A stretch of DNA of 64,000 nt from an uncultured Myxococcales bacterium (GTDB taxonomy: Bacteria > Myxococcota > B64-G9): the NCBI GenBank assembly GCA_964513625.1, contig CAZENH010000002.1, positions 14,403-78,402 on the forward strand, read 5' to 3'. Under the pieces are notes generated by a model, which saw only the letters and a list, made by a program, of their open reading frames with translations, did not search any database and was not told the DNA's origin. Numbering within the stretch: the stretch's first letter is position 1; the number at the start of each line of letters is the position of its first letter. The position numbers were made by a program, and so were the translations under genes. Shown one piece after another: positions 10,099 to 18,821 of the stretch.

Positions 10099-11688
10099 AT
10101 GGAGACAGGTCAACACATAGGACGTTATCGGCTGCGAGACAAGGTCGGCAAGGGAGGCATGGCCGAAATCTTCAAAGCCGACGAGAGCCTGAAAGGCGGC
10201 GGAACTCGCACCGTCGCCATCAAGCGTCTGTTTCCCAGGCTGAGCGCCGACCGTGAGTTCGTCGGGATGTTCGTCAACGAGGCGCTGATCGCCGCCAGAA
10301 TGGACCATCCCAACATCATCCGCACCTATGATCTGATCAACTACGGATCTTACTACTATATCGTGATGGAGTATCTCGAAGGTCTCGACCTCGAAGAACT
10401 GGTAATCCTCAAAGCCCCCGGCGACCTGGTATTGTCGATTCCCGAGGTCGCCTACGCCGTGCACGAAGTGGCCATGGGTCTCTCGTATGCCCACGCCTCG
10501 CGGCGCGATGAGAAGAGCGGGCCGGTGGTCCACCGTGATATCAGCCCGGGCAATATCCTGGTCGGTTGCGACGGTCAGGTGAAGATCACGGATTTTGGCA
10601 TAGCCCGGGCAACTCAGTATGCCAGCTTCACCAGGCCGGGAGTGCTCAAGGGAAAGTACGAGTACATGGCGCCCGAGTACGTCAAGGGATTCGAGTTCGA
10701 CGGGCGAGCGGATATCTTCTCGCTTGGTGTCGTGCTGTATGAATTACTTACCGGAGAGAATCCGTTCATGGGTGTCGGGCCTCAGGACATCTGGGACAAG
10801 ATAGTCAATCTCGACCCGCCTCCTCCCAGCGATGTAGTTACGTCGATATCGAGGACCATGGACAAGGTCGTAGAGCTCGCTTTATGCAAGGATCCCGATG
10901 ATCGATACGCCGATGGGGAGAGTTTCGCAGCCGTCTTGGCACCCTTTTTCGCTGATGAAGGAAAGCGTCGGACGGCCTCCACGCTTGGGCAGAGAGCCAG
11001 ACAAAACTTGCAGGCGCGCATGCAGGCGACGACGACTCCGGGAGATTTCGACGAATTCCTGCCCCCGGACGAGGGCGGCGACGACAACACCCGCGAATTC
11101 TACCTTGACGAGCTTCTGGACCTGGTCGAACCGCAGGAAGTTCCCAACCCAGTGCGGCTACCCGCTGGTTCAGAAATGGTAACGGCGCCCAAGCTGCGAG
11201 CCATCAAGCGACCCGCCAAGAAAAAGCAAAAAAAGCGCCGGACGCTCGTGCTTCTCATAACTTGCGCAATGCTGTTCGGCGGCATCGGTCTGTCAATATG
11301 GCTTTGGCCCGAACCCAAGGGGTATTTGTCTGTAGATTCAGACTTGCGGGCGGAGATCTACCTGGACGGAAAACGCATGGGACTGGCGCCTTTGAAAGCG
11401 ATGCCGGTCGGCGTTGGCCGTCATATAATCGAGGCGCGCAGGCCGGGGCGCAACCAGTCGAAGAGCTACCATAGGCAGATTGTCGAAGGCGAGCAGATAA
11501 ATCTGCATGTCAAATGGGCAAAGAGCAGGAAATGGAAGAAGAGAAGGATTCGCAAGCGAAGAAAAACAAACAAATACAAGAAGTCCGTCAAGTCGAAAAA
11601 TACAGGAAAGAACTCCAAGAAGACCTCGAAAAAAGACGTCAAGAAATCCGCGCGCAAGGGAGGCGGAATTGCCCGGAAGCGGAAATAA
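10099..11688 (+). CDS. Membrane Ser/Thr protein kinase with extracytoplasmic PEGA-like domain and Lys-rich C-terminal tail
   Basis: Hanks kinase motifs (VAIKRL, HRDISPGNIL, DFGIA, APE). One TM segment (LVLLITCAMLFGGIGLSIWLW). PEGA-like segment (YLSVDSDLRAEIYLDGKRMGLAPL). C-terminal K/R-rich low-complexity tail. Confidence 0.85.
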   Translation: METGQHIGRYRLRDKVGKGGMAEIFKADESLKGGGTRTVAIKRLFPRLSADREFVGMFVNEALIAARMDHPNIIRTYDLINYGSYYYIVMEYLEGLDLEELVILKAPGDLVLSIPEVAYAVHEVAMGLSYAHASRRDEKSGPVVHRDISPGNILVGCDGQVKITDFGIARATQYASFTRPGVLKGKYEYMAPEYVKGFEFDGRADIFSLGVVLYELLTGENPFMGVGPQDIWDKIVNLDPPPPSDVVTSISRTMDKVVELALCKDPDDRYADGESFAAVLAPFFADEGKRRTASTLGQRARQNLQARMQATTTPGDFDEFLPPDEGGDDNTREFYLDELLDLVEPQEVPNPVRLPAGSEMVTAPKLRAIKRPAKKKQKKRRTLVLLITCAMLFGGIGLSIWLWPEPKGYLSVDSDLRAEIYLDGKRMGLAPLKAMPVGVGRHIIEARRPGRNQSKSYHRQIVEGEQINLHVKWAKSRKWKKRRIRKRRKTNKYKKSVKSKNTGKNSKKTSKKDVKKSARKGGGIARKRK

Positions 11689-11698
11689 AATTTTCGCC

Positions 11699-12706
11699 TT
11701 GCTGGCAGTCCTGGTGGTCTCGGCTACTTCTTCCGCTTCTTCCCGGCAACTTAGCCCGGAAGAAAGAGTATGCATATCGAAAAAACTCAGGTCTTCGTCG
11801 GTCCATAGCCCGAGATCGAGCGAGCGTGACGCTTTCGCCTTGATGGACCCTCTAAGCGGCAGGATCTTGTGGTTTGAAAACCGCAAGACACTCGCCCGGC
11901 GCTCATTTCAGCCAGGCTCGATTTTCAAGGTGATTACCACATACGCGGCCCGGTCGGGCCTGGTCGATCCGGCAGAAACCTTCAACTGCACTGGTGGTGA
12001 TACGACGATCGGCCCATCGGGCTCAGAGGTCGTCTGCTGGCTTAAGAAAGGACACGGGTCGCTCAACTTGGCAAAAGCCCTGGCACTTTCTTGTAACCTT
12101 TACTTCGCCCATATCGGCAGCCGTATCGGCACTGCGCCCCTTCTTAGCGCTGCACATGAGTTTGGCCTGGGACAGCGTACCGGATCTGATCTCGGCGGCG
12201 AGGTTTCCGGCAGTCTACCCTCTTTTCCTCCTGACGGCATGGCGGCCAGGTTTGCCACGGGACAGGCTGACGGCCTGCGTCTGACTCCCCTGCAGGCCTT
12301 GAGCGCTGTTGCCGCTCTGGCCAACGGAGGCGTGCTTTACAGCCCGCGTGTGGCGAATCCCCAAGGAGGACCGACTCCGGTGCGGGGAGAGCTAAAAGAT
12401 ATCCCGACGTTGCGCTTCATTCGCGATGCGCTGGAACAGGCCTCGAGCTATGGAACGGGACGCACTCAGAAACTTTACGAACTGCGCCTGGCAGGAAAGA
12501 CGGGAACGGCCGCTTGGGACGGCGTCAATTGGAGGACGCATGCCTGGTATATTGGATTCGCACCCTGTCGCCACCCGTTGCTGTCGCTGGTTGTCTTCAC
12601 ATATGAAGGAACCGGCTCAAAGGAAGCGGCTGCCCTGGCCAGAAAGGTAATCGTCACAGCCTATCAGGCCATGAAAGACTGTGGCGTTTCGGTCATGACA
12701 CCATGA
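11699..12706 (+). CDS. Transpeptidase-only penicillin-binding protein (SxxK / SxN / KTG motifs)
   Basis: Motifs SIFK, SCN and KTGT in the correct order, with a hydrophobic N-terminus (LLAVLVVSATSSAS). The start is uncertain: the ORF-track ATG at 11507 overlaps the kinase by 180 bp in purine-rich low-complexity sequence, so a TTG at 11699 just after the kinase stop is proposed. The stop overlaps the next start (ATGA). Confidence 0.75.
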   Translation: MLAVLVVSATSSASSRQLSPEERVCISKKLRSSSVHSPRSSERDAFALMDPLSGRILWFENRKTLARRSFQPGSIFKVITTYAARSGLVDPAETFNCTGGDTTIGPSGSEVVCWLKKGHGSLNLAKALALSCNLYFAHIGSRIGTAPLLSAAHEFGLGQRTGSDLGGEVSGSLPSFPPDGMAARFATGQADGLRLTPLQALSAVAALANGGVLYSPRVANPQGGPTPVRGELKDIPTLRFIRDALEQASSYGTGRTQKLYELRLAGKTGTAAWDGVNWRTHAWYIGFAPCRHPLLSLVVFTYEGTGSKEAAALARKVIVTAYQAMKDCGVSVMTP

Positions 12707-13899
12707 AAATGCTGGTCGTAGCCTTGTACTTGCTCTCCATTCCGCAAGCACAAGCGCGTGAAGTGAGCGTGAGCCTGTTCGGCATTTTCAAACCGCTTCA
12801 GGTCTCGATCGAAAGAACGACCAGCAGGCAGATTGCGGTCACGGCCGTGGCGATTGACGGAAGGCGCAGAAATTTCAGTAGCGAATCCATCACGGCCCGC
12901 TGCTCAAGTGATAACCTGCTATGCGCAAGATTGTCGAACGAGAGAGTCTGTTGCGCACGCATCGAAGTGCGGGCCCAGGGACGCGACGGAATAAGGGCCG
13001 GGGTCACGGGCGGTCCGCTTCGCGCCTACGATGGCTGGTTGGAGGTGCGGACTTCCGGTTCGGCAACCGGGAGCAGCTGCCAGATTATCAACCACGTACC
13101 ACTCGAAAACTACGTGCAGTCGGTGGCCTGTCATGAAATGAGGTCCGGCGGGACCGAGGCTCTGCGAGCCCAAGCAGTCGCTTCGCGCAGCTACGCACTC
13201 AGTGTTACCGACAAACACGGCGGTGCGAACTATGATTTTTGCGACCTGACACACTGTCAGGTTTACACCGGGCGCGATGCCTGCACGTCGAAACAGCGCA
13301 AGGCGATCCAGGCGACCAGCGGCCTGGTGCTGCTTTTCGACGGAGTACCCGCACGGACATACTATTTCTCCACCTGTGCCGGAAGCACTACTTCAGCGGG
13401 CGATGTCTGGGGGCCAAACACGGCACGCCCTTATCTAATGGGCGTCGTTGACGGAGAGCCGCCATTCTGTTCCGGATCTCCGCACATGCACTGGACCTTT
13501 CGCATCGGACGCGCAAACTTGTGCCGTCGGCTCGGCAAGCAATTTCCGACTCTTAGCAGGTCGGGCAACCTCGCTAAGTGCAGGATAATCATCAGGAAAA
13601 CCGGGAGAAGGGACTGGGTCAGCCGCGTGCAAATATCAGTCGCGGAGGAATCTCCGATCGAATTGCGCGCTGAACGCTTTCACATGCTGCTTGGAAAATG
13701 GTACGGCTGGGGCAAATTCAAGAGCTCGCGCTTCGAGCTGGAGAATCGCGGCCAAGAACTTATTTTTCACGGGCAGGGCCTGGGACACGGAGTCGGGATG
13801 TGCCAGTATGGTGCGATGGGCATGGAGAGTGCCGGTGCCGACTTCAAGAAGATACTCGAACACTACTATCCCGGAACACAGCTTGGCAGGTGGCCTTGA
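12703..13899 (+). CDS. SpoIID/LytB-domain protein (secreted peptidoglycan-remodelling/amidase-enhancer family)
   Basis: Signal peptide MKMLVVALYLLSIPQAQA. Motifs SVACHEMRSGGTEALRAQAVASRSYAL and CDLTHCQVYTG, typical of the SpoIID/LytB domain. Confidence 0.7.
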   Translation: MKMLVVALYLLSIPQAQAREVSVSLFGIFKPLQVSIERTTSRQIAVTAVAIDGRRRNFSSESITARCSSDNLLCARLSNERVCCARIEVRAQGRDGIRAGVTGGPLRAYDGWLEVRTSGSATGSSCQIINHVPLENYVQSVACHEMRSGGTEALRAQAVASRSYALSVTDKHGGANYDFCDLTHCQVYTGRDACTSKQRKAIQATSGLVLLFDGVPARTYYFSTCAGSTTSAGDVWGPNTARPYLMGVVDGEPPFCSGSPHMHWTFRIGRANLCRRLGKQFPTLSRSGNLAKCRIIIRKTGRRDWVSRVQISVAEESPIELRAERFHMLLGKWYGWGKFKSSRFELENRGQELIFHGQGLGHGVGMCQYGAMGMESAGADFKKILEHYYPGTQLGRWP

Positions 13900-14621
13900 A
13901 GCACTTGGTTTACAAAACAGTCTTGTTGATAGCAGCAAGCGCATCATTGTGCCGGGCTGAAGCTGTAATCGACGATTGTTGCCCCCGGGTCGAGGCGATA
14001 GCCGGCTGCCCGCTCCAGCTAGAAGCGGCCCGTGAATTTTGTAAACTGGCCTGTCAAAAGATCGCGGGCTTCGAGCGCCTGTTCGACCTTAGGCCGGGCA
14101 GGACGATTACAATTCATGTATGTTGCGACATACAGGATTTCAGGGCACGCAGCGGAAAGCCCTGGTTCGTGGGGGCCGCTCTTGTAGATGATCAGATAGT
14201 TACCCAGCCGGACCGCTCACTTCAGAAGATCGAGAATCCCGAGGCGCTTGTGACTCACGAAATGGTTCACTGGATCATAAGGCGGGCTGCCGGACGAGGT
14301 TGTCCGCGCTGGCTCGACGAGGGCCTGGCCCAATGGTTGGCCGGCCAGAAGTCCGGTCTGTCCTCAGCCAGGATCCCCAACTTGCCAAGGGACAAACAAG
14401 CCCTGAGACGACTTGATGCGACACTTGGTTCATCCGGATCAAACAGGAAGGATCTTGAGACTGCATATCTATCGAGCCTGTTACTCGTGAACAGGTTGAT
14501 CTCCTGCGTGGGTCTTGAAAAGTTGGTCGCGGTCCTGCCGGAGTTGAAAAAAACCTCAGATCCACTTGCCATAAAAATCGAAGGCAAGTCGCTTGAAAAT
14601 TTGTTATTCAAAGGCATTTGA
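13896..14621 (+). CDS. Secreted HExxH zinc-metallopeptidase-like protein
   Basis: TTG start at 13896 overlaps the upstream stop (TTGA). Signal peptide LKHLVYKTVLLIAASASLCRA. HEMVHWIIRRAAG zincin motif. The 5' part of the track ORF (13698-) overlaps the SpoIID gene and is discarded. Confidence 0.55.
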   Translation: MKHLVYKTVLLIAASASLCRAEAVIDDCCPRVEAIAGCPLQLEAAREFCKLACQKIAGFERLFDLRPGRTITIHVCCDIQDFRARSGKPWFVGAALVDDQIVTQPDRSLQKIENPEALVTHEMVHWIIRRAAGRGCPRWLDEGLAQWLAGQKSGLSSARIPNLPRDKQALRRLDATLGSSGSNRKDLETAYLSSLLLVNRLISCVGLEKLVAVLPELKKTSDPLAIKIEGKSLENLLFKGI

Positions 14622-14641
14622 CCAGGCGGGGCCGCTCGTGA

Positions 14642-15508
14642 TTGGATATTGCACCCGGGAGGTACAAATTGGCGACCGAATACCAAGAACATTTCTTTAA
14701 CGCGCCTGACGGCATTCGACTTTTCTTCAGGCGCTGGTTTGTAGACAATCCCAAAGGTCTGCTGGCACTGGTTCACGGCTTCGCCGAACATAGCGGCCGT
14801 TACAAGGCTTTGGCCGATGAGATCTGCAAGACCGGATGGTCGGTGGCGGCATTCGACTACCGCGGACATGGCCAAAGCGGCGGGCGGCGGGCGCACATCG
14901 ACAGTTTCAAGGGCTACCTCGACGATCTCGAAAGCTTTCTTTCTGAAATCGCCAAGGCGGGTTACGGCGAAAAGCCGGTGCTGCTTGGGCATTCACTGGG
15001 AGGGCTGATTGCCGCGAGGTATTGCGAGCGCAACGCTGATAGCCTGAGCGGCATGGTGCTCAGTTCGCCGTTTTTTGACATGGCTTTCAAGGTTCCCGCG
15101 CTCAAGGCGGTTGCCGGCAAGCTGCTTTCCGGAATATTGCCTACCCTGTCTTTGAAGACCGGCCTCGATCCTTCCATTCTGAGCCACGATCAGGAAGTCT
15201 GCGAACACTATGCCGCGGATCCCCTGGTTAGCGACATAGCATCGGCCCGTTGGTTTACCGAAGTGCTTCAAGCCCAGGCAGACTCATTTCGTGAAGTGAC
15301 GCACATCAAGCTGCCGCTTCTGGTGATGCAGGCCGGAGATGACAGGCTGGCCTCTTCCGAGGCAACCCGCCATTTTTTCGAGGCGGCTCAGTCCGAGGAT
15401 AAGAATTTTCTGCTCTATGAAGACTATTTTCATGAGATCTTCAACGAGGTCGGGCGCGCCAGAGTGGTCGCCGACCTGATCGCCTGGCTGGGGCAGCATG
15501 GGAAATGA
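14642..15508 (+). CDS. Alpha/beta hydrolase, lysophospholipase/monoacylglycerol-lipase-like
   Basis: HGFAEHSGRY followed by GHSLGG nucleophile elbow. ~288 aa. Confidence 0.8.
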   Translation: MDIAPGRYKLATEYQEHFFNAPDGIRLFFRRWFVDNPKGLLALVHGFAEHSGRYKALADEICKTGWSVAAFDYRGHGQSGGRRAHIDSFKGYLDDLESFLSEIAKAGYGEKPVLLGHSLGGLIAARYCERNADSLSGMVLSSPFFDMAFKVPALKAVAGKLLSGILPTLSLKTGLDPSILSHDQEVCEHYAADPLVSDIASARWFTEVLQAQADSFREVTHIKLPLLVMQAGDDRLASSEATRHFFEAAQSEDKNFLLYEDYFHEIFNEVGRARVVADLIAWLGQHGK

Positions 15509-16242
15509 AGGCCTGGCGCTACATCATCCCCAACTTCTTCACTTCAACGAGCCTGATGCTGGGCACAGCTTCGGTATTGCTGTCTTTGGAGGGCGAGTTG
15601 GACTGGGCCGCCTGGCTTGTGCTCTGGAGTGTATTGCTCGACAAGGCGGACGGTACTGCTGCAAGGCTCTTGAAGGCAACCAGTAAATTCGGCTCAGAAT
15701 TGGATTCTATGGCCGATCTGGTGGCCTTTGGCCTTGCGCCTGCCATGCTATGTTACTCGACAGGCAGGCGAGTATGGGAACTTCGTCCCGGAACGGGCTT
15801 GTGGTTTCTGCTGGCGGCCGCGACCAGCATTTACGTTATTTGCACTGCGTTGCGCCTGGCTCGCTACAATGTCACCGAGGAACCTGCGGGCTCAAGACAC
15901 TTCAAAGGTATACCGACAACAGTCTCAGGGGCCATTATTGCCTCGGGATTGCTGGTGGCGGTCAAGTATGGAATCGATGCAGCCTGGATGAATTACTATC
16001 CGCTGATCCTGTTAGGACTTGGTATTGGAATGATCTCGTCTGTGCCCACTCCGAAAGTTATTCCGCGAAAAAGCAAGGCCTTCAACCTGTTTCAGTTGAT
16101 AAACATCCTGGCGCTATACGTGACCGGTATCTGCATGATCTACCCGGAATACCCACTGGTTATAGGCATGCTGTTTCTGGTCATTGGCATTCCGCATGGC
16201 CTGTTATTTGGGGGGGTGCTGGATAACAAGAGGCAGGGTTGA
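15505..16242 (+). CDS. CDP-alcohol phosphatidyltransferase (phosphatidylserine-synthase-like), polytopic membrane protein
   Basis: Motif DKADGTAARLLKATSKFGSELDSMADLVAFG (D-G-x2-A-R…G-x3-D-x3-D). Multiple TM helices. ATGA overlap with the upstream hydrolase. Confidence 0.8.
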   Translation: MKAWRYIIPNFFTSTSLMLGTASVLLSLEGELDWAAWLVLWSVLLDKADGTAARLLKATSKFGSELDSMADLVAFGLAPAMLCYSTGRRVWELRPGTGLWFLLAAATSIYVICTALRLARYNVTEEPAGSRHFKGIPTTVSGAIIASGLLVAVKYGIDAAWMNYYPLILLGLGIGMISSVPTPKVIPRKSKAFNLFQLINILALYVTGICMIYPEYPLVIGMLFLVIGIPHGLLFGGVLDNKRQG

Positions 16243-16335
16243 CAAGCTCGGGATTCTCTTGCTATGTTGCCCGCGCATGTCATAGATTTTGGCGTCTAGC
16301 CGCGATCCGGCTTTTTTTTGCTAAAGGAGGCAAAC

Positions 16336-16680
16336 ATGGCCGCAGAACCACCGGGCGTGATCGGCAAGGGAATTGCCATCAGAGGCAACCTGAGCGGTGG
16401 CGGAGATCTGATTATTGAGGGCACGGTCGAGGGTCAGATTTCTTTGAAGAATCACTTGACCATCGAGGAAACCGGCGTCGTCAGGGCCGATATTGAGGCC
16501 GAACGCCTGACCATCAGAGGCGAGATGAGCGGAAACATCACCGCCACGGAACGTGTTGCGGTGCTGGCCAATGCCAAGGTGGTCGGCGACATCAAGGCGC
16601 CGATAGTGATCATCGAGGATGGTGCTGGATTCAAGGGCGGCATCGAGATGGATGTACCCCTTCCTGATGGATTGATCTAA
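16336..16680 (+). CDS. Bactofilin (DUF583) paralog 1
   Basis: AAAGGAGG RBS 6 nt before ATG 16336. Beta-helical bactofilin repeat pattern (VIGKGIAIRGNLSGGGDLIIEGTVEGQISL…). ~114 aa. Confidence 0.85.
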   Translation: MAAEPPGVIGKGIAIRGNLSGGGDLIIEGTVEGQISLKNHLTIEETGVVRADIEAERLTIRGEMSGNITATERVAVLANAKVVGDIKAPIVIIEDGAGFKGGIEMDVPLPDGLI

Positions 16681-16699
16681 AAGAGCCAAGGAGAAGACA

Positions 16700-17011
16700 A
16701 TGGCCAATGTCATCGGAAGCTCAGTTGTTATTGACGGCGAGATAAGCGGCGACGAAGACCTGGTGATTCAGGGAACGGTCAAAGGCAAGATCACGCTCAA
16801 GGAGAGCCTTTTTGTAGAGGGTTCCGGCGTCGTGGAGGCCGACATAGTAACTCGAAACGTAGAAGTGTCTGGTTCGGTAACCGGAAACATCAATGCTTCG
16901 GACAAGGTGGAGCTGAAAACCGACGGTCGCATGGTAGGTGACATCAAAGCACCGAGAATTCTTATTGCCGATGGAGCCACGTTCAAGGGTAACGTGGACA
17001 TGGACCGCTAG
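16700..17011 (+). CDS. Bactofilin paralog 2
   Basis: AAGGAG RBS. Same repeat architecture (IGSSVVIDGEISGDEDLVIQGTVKGKITL…). Confidence 0.85.
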   Translation: MANVIGSSVVIDGEISGDEDLVIQGTVKGKITLKESLFVEGSGVVEADIVTRNVEVSGSVTGNINASDKVELKTDGRMVGDIKAPRILIADGATFKGNVDMDR

Positions 17012-17026
17012 GCAAAGGAGCAGTTC

Positions 17027-17560
17027 ATGGCGGATACCAACACCATTGTCGGTGAAACCATTCTGGTCAAGGGTAACCTGCAGGGTGACGAAGACCTGAC
17101 GGTCCAGGGAAGAATTGAAGGCTCGTTGAGCCTGACGCGCACGCTAATCATCGAGCAGGGTGGAATCGTCAAGGCCGACGTCTCGGTCAACAACGCCGTG
17201 GTCAGCGGAGTAATGGTCGGCAACCTGACTGCTACTGATTCGGTCGAGTTGTCCGAAACCGGGCGCATGGTAGGTGATATCCATGCGCCCCGGGTGATCG
17301 TCGTCGAGGGAGCGTTGTTCAAGGGCAAGGTCGATATGGGCAACCTGGAGACGCCCCGCCAGGCGTCCACTCAGGGAGTGGATCACAAGAGACCGTCTTT
17401 TGCTCCTCAGCGACCTGCATCCAGGCCCCACAAGGCGCCCAGCGCGCCTGCAGCACCCGCCAAGAAGGCGGCAGCACCGGCCAAGAAGACGGTTACGGTC
17501 ACTAAAAAGGCTGGCTCGCGCTCGAAGAAAAAAGTCGTGGTCAAACGCAAACGACGCTAG
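17027..17560 (+). CDS. Bactofilin paralog 3 with long Pro/Ala/Lys-rich C-terminal extension (BacP-like)
   Basis: AAGGAG RBS. Bactofilin core followed by a …PQRPASRPHKAPSAPAAPAKKAAAPAKK…KKKVVVKRKRR tail. Confidence 0.85.
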   Translation: MADTNTIVGETILVKGNLQGDEDLTVQGRIEGSLSLTRTLIIEQGGIVKADVSVNNAVVSGVMVGNLTATDSVELSETGRMVGDIHAPRVIVVEGALFKGKVDMGNLETPRQASTQGVDHKRPSFAPQRPASRPHKAPSAPAAPAKKAAAPAKKTVTVTKKAGSRSKKKVVVKRKRR

Positions 17561-17566
17561 GGTGCA

Positions 17567-18130
17567 TTGGTGAGTGACACGGGCGATCGCCAGCGTCTGC
17601 TTCAGTTGTTATGCGAAAAGTCATTTCGCGCGGGCAAAGTCGTTCTGGCTTCCGGCAAGACAAGCGATTTCTACATAGACTGCCGCCAGACGTCTCTCAG
17701 CGCAGAAGGTCACCTGCTGATTGGACGCCTGTTATTCAATCTGGTTTGCGAAAAATTCCCAAAGGTTGTAGCTGTCGGCGGTCCAACCCTGGGGGCCGAT
17801 CCGCTCGTCTCGGCTGTCAGCCTCACCAGCCAGATCGAGGGACACCCGCTCCAGGGCTTTCTGGTGCGCAAGGCGTCCAAAGGGCACGGCACTGGGGCCT
17901 GGATAGAAGGCATGGCTAACCTGGCTGCAGGAGACCCGGTAGTCTTACTGGAGGATGTGGTCACGTCCGGAGGATCGGCTTTAGGGGCGCTTGCCAGGGT
18001 TGAACAAGCCGGGTTGAATGTCCGGGGTGTAGTTGTCCTGGTAGATCGCCTGGAGGGTGGTCGCCAGGCAATTGAACAGGCGGGGCATGAATTTTACTCG
18101 CTTTTCACCCGAAGTGACTTTATACACTAG
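17567..18130 (+). CDS. pyrE: Orotate phosphoribosyltransferase
   Basis: PRPP-binding motif VVLLEDVVTSGGSAL. Length ~187 aa. N-terminal RQRLLQLLCEKSFRAGK resembles OPRTase. Confidence 0.85.
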   Translation: MVSDTGDRQRLLQLLCEKSFRAGKVVLASGKTSDFYIDCRQTSLSAEGHLLIGRLLFNLVCEKFPKVVAVGGPTLGADPLVSAVSLTSQIEGHPLQGFLVRKASKGHGTGAWIEGMANLAAGDPVVLLEDVVTSGGSALGALARVEQAGLNVRGVVVLVDRLEGGRQAIEQAGHEFYSLFTRSDFIH

Positions 18131-18182
18131 TCGGCCTATCCACTCTTGACCCTGGCTCGTCAAAGCATATACTTGTCGCACG

Positions 18183-18821
18183 ATGACGCGCCGTATAAAT
18201 TTATCTAAGATTTTAAGTGTCTGTATTTTTTCTGCCTCGGCCTTCTTTGCCTGCGCGCCGCAGCCCAGCATGCGCGGACCCCAGAAGCTCGACACTAGTT
18301 ACGAAAAGCAGTTGCGCAGGTGGACGATATCCGGACGGGTAAACTACAGCCTGGACAACATGCTAACGGTTCACGCAACCTATCTGGCTCCGGTTTTCAC
18401 AGAGGCTTTCGGAGCGCAATACCTGAGAATATTCGGTGCCGATCCAGGACAGGTCGACAGCGACCTGGAAATGATCGCCACCTCGGTTCGCAGAGGCCAC
18501 GAGTTTTTCATCTTCGCCGATATCCCCAAGGAAGAGTGGAACAACCTGGATGAAAAAGATGCTGTCTGGATAATGACGCTCTGGGGCGGCAAAGACCAGC
18601 TTGGTGTCGCGCCGCTGAGCATCCACAAGTTCCGAGGACGCGGGCCGAACTTACGGGCCTTTTTTCCGTTCTCAAATAGCTTCGGTAAGTCATACCTGGT
18701 TGTATTCCCGCTAGACCAAACCAATGGCAAGCCCGTGCTCGATCCGGCAGTCGGCGAGCTGACCATCAAGATGGCCAGTGCCTTCGGGAGCGTGTCCTTG
18801 ACATGGAAGGTGAACCAATGA
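18183..18821 (+). CDS. Hypothetical lipoprotein
   Basis: Lipobox AFFACA after the signal peptide. No recognisable domain. Stop overlaps the next start (ATGA). Confidence 0.55.
   Translation: MTRRINLSKILSVCIFSASAFFACAPQPSMRGPQKLDTSYEKQLRRWTISGRVNYSLDNMLTVHATYLAPVFTEAFGAQYLRIFGADPGQVDSDLEMIATSVRRGHEFFIFADIPKEEWNNLDEKDAVWIMTLWGGKDQLGVAPLSIHKFRGRGPNLRAFFPFSNSFGKSYLVVFPLDQTNGKPVLDPAVGELTIKMASAFGSVSLTWKVNQ

Noticed and set aside
10087-10533. 148-aa minus ORF overlapping the kinase N-terminus; also 14267..14992(-), 18380..19339(-), 35586..36296(-), 41241..42074(-), 48503..49426(+), 21599..22234(-)
   Set aside because: Each lies fully antisense to a CDS with clear catalytic motifs. None has an RBS or a domain. 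They were treated as shadow ORFs.
11507-11698. ATG-initiated 5' extension of the PBP ORF, plus the overlapping ORFs 11514..11843(+) and 11338..11886(-)
   Set aside because: All are low-complexity Lys/Arg/Glu translations of the purine-rich kinase-tail region. The PBP more likely starts just after the kinase stop.
13698-13895. N-terminal 66 codons of the track ORF 13698..14621
   Set aside because: It overlaps the SpoIID-domain CDS in another frame. A signal peptide begins right at the TTG at 13896, which overlaps the upstream stop.
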